Shown here: in pieces, positions 63,818 to 64,000 of the stretch | Numbering within the stretch: the first letter of the stretch is position 1 | Layout of the letters: every line of letters starts with the position of its first letter | NCBI RefSeq assembly: GCF_006345805.1 | Contig: NC_043016.1 | Coordinates: 15,872,001-15,936,000, forward strand | Direction of reading: 5' to 3' | DNA: 64,000 nt | Source of the DNA: Octopus sinensis | Lineage: Eukaryota | Notes under the pieces: generated by a model | Told to the model about the DNA's origin: nothing | Databases searched by the model: none | The model's input: only the letters and a program-made list of their open reading frames with translations | Made by a program: the position numbers and the translations under genes

Positions 63818-64000
63818 AATGCAGCAGCAAGCTGGCAGAACCATCAAGCAAAATGCTTTCTGGCATTTTGTCTGGTTTTTTCAATCTGAGTTTAAATTCC
63901 ACCGGGGTCAACTTTGCTTTTCATTCTTTCAGGGTCGATAAAATAAGTACCAGTTGAGTACTGGGGTTGATCTAATTGAGTTACCCCCCCCCCCACAAAA

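Overview
AT-rich, intron- and repeat-dense animal DNA, most likely an octopus or related coleoid cephalopod (inferred from the RTE-LINE, SINE and microsatellite landscape; not proven). Two conserved genes sit head-to-head with their ATGs about 415 bp apart. On the minus strand is a NEURL4 (neuralized-like protein 4) orthologue: 8 coding exons reconstructed with consistent GT-AG phases, encoding NHR domains 1-3, and running off the window start. On the plus strand is a complete 7-exon ING4/ING5 gene (241 aa, PHD finger). Most short ORFs in the supplied track are noise. Introns and intergenic DNA hold RTE, CR1 and L1/Tx1-like LINE remnants, three mariner remnants, hAT and TTAA-type MITEs, tRNA-derived SINEs and several long foldbacks. 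The main unexpected signal is a set of minimal type I hammerhead ribozyme motifs of the Penelope-like-element kind, with palindromic helix III. Two have an intact or near-intact catalytic core and lie in the sense orientation of NEURL4 introns; one of them sits inside a foldback whose partner arm has lost half of the core. Other observations include a decayed N-x-V-N coding-like repeat split by two nested transposons, an in-frame Ser/Gly-rich uORF that stops 6 nt before the NEURL4 ATG, and an internally deleted mariner that keeps an in-frame DNA-binding-only ORF. Repeat boundaries are approximate unless TIRs/TSDs are quoted.
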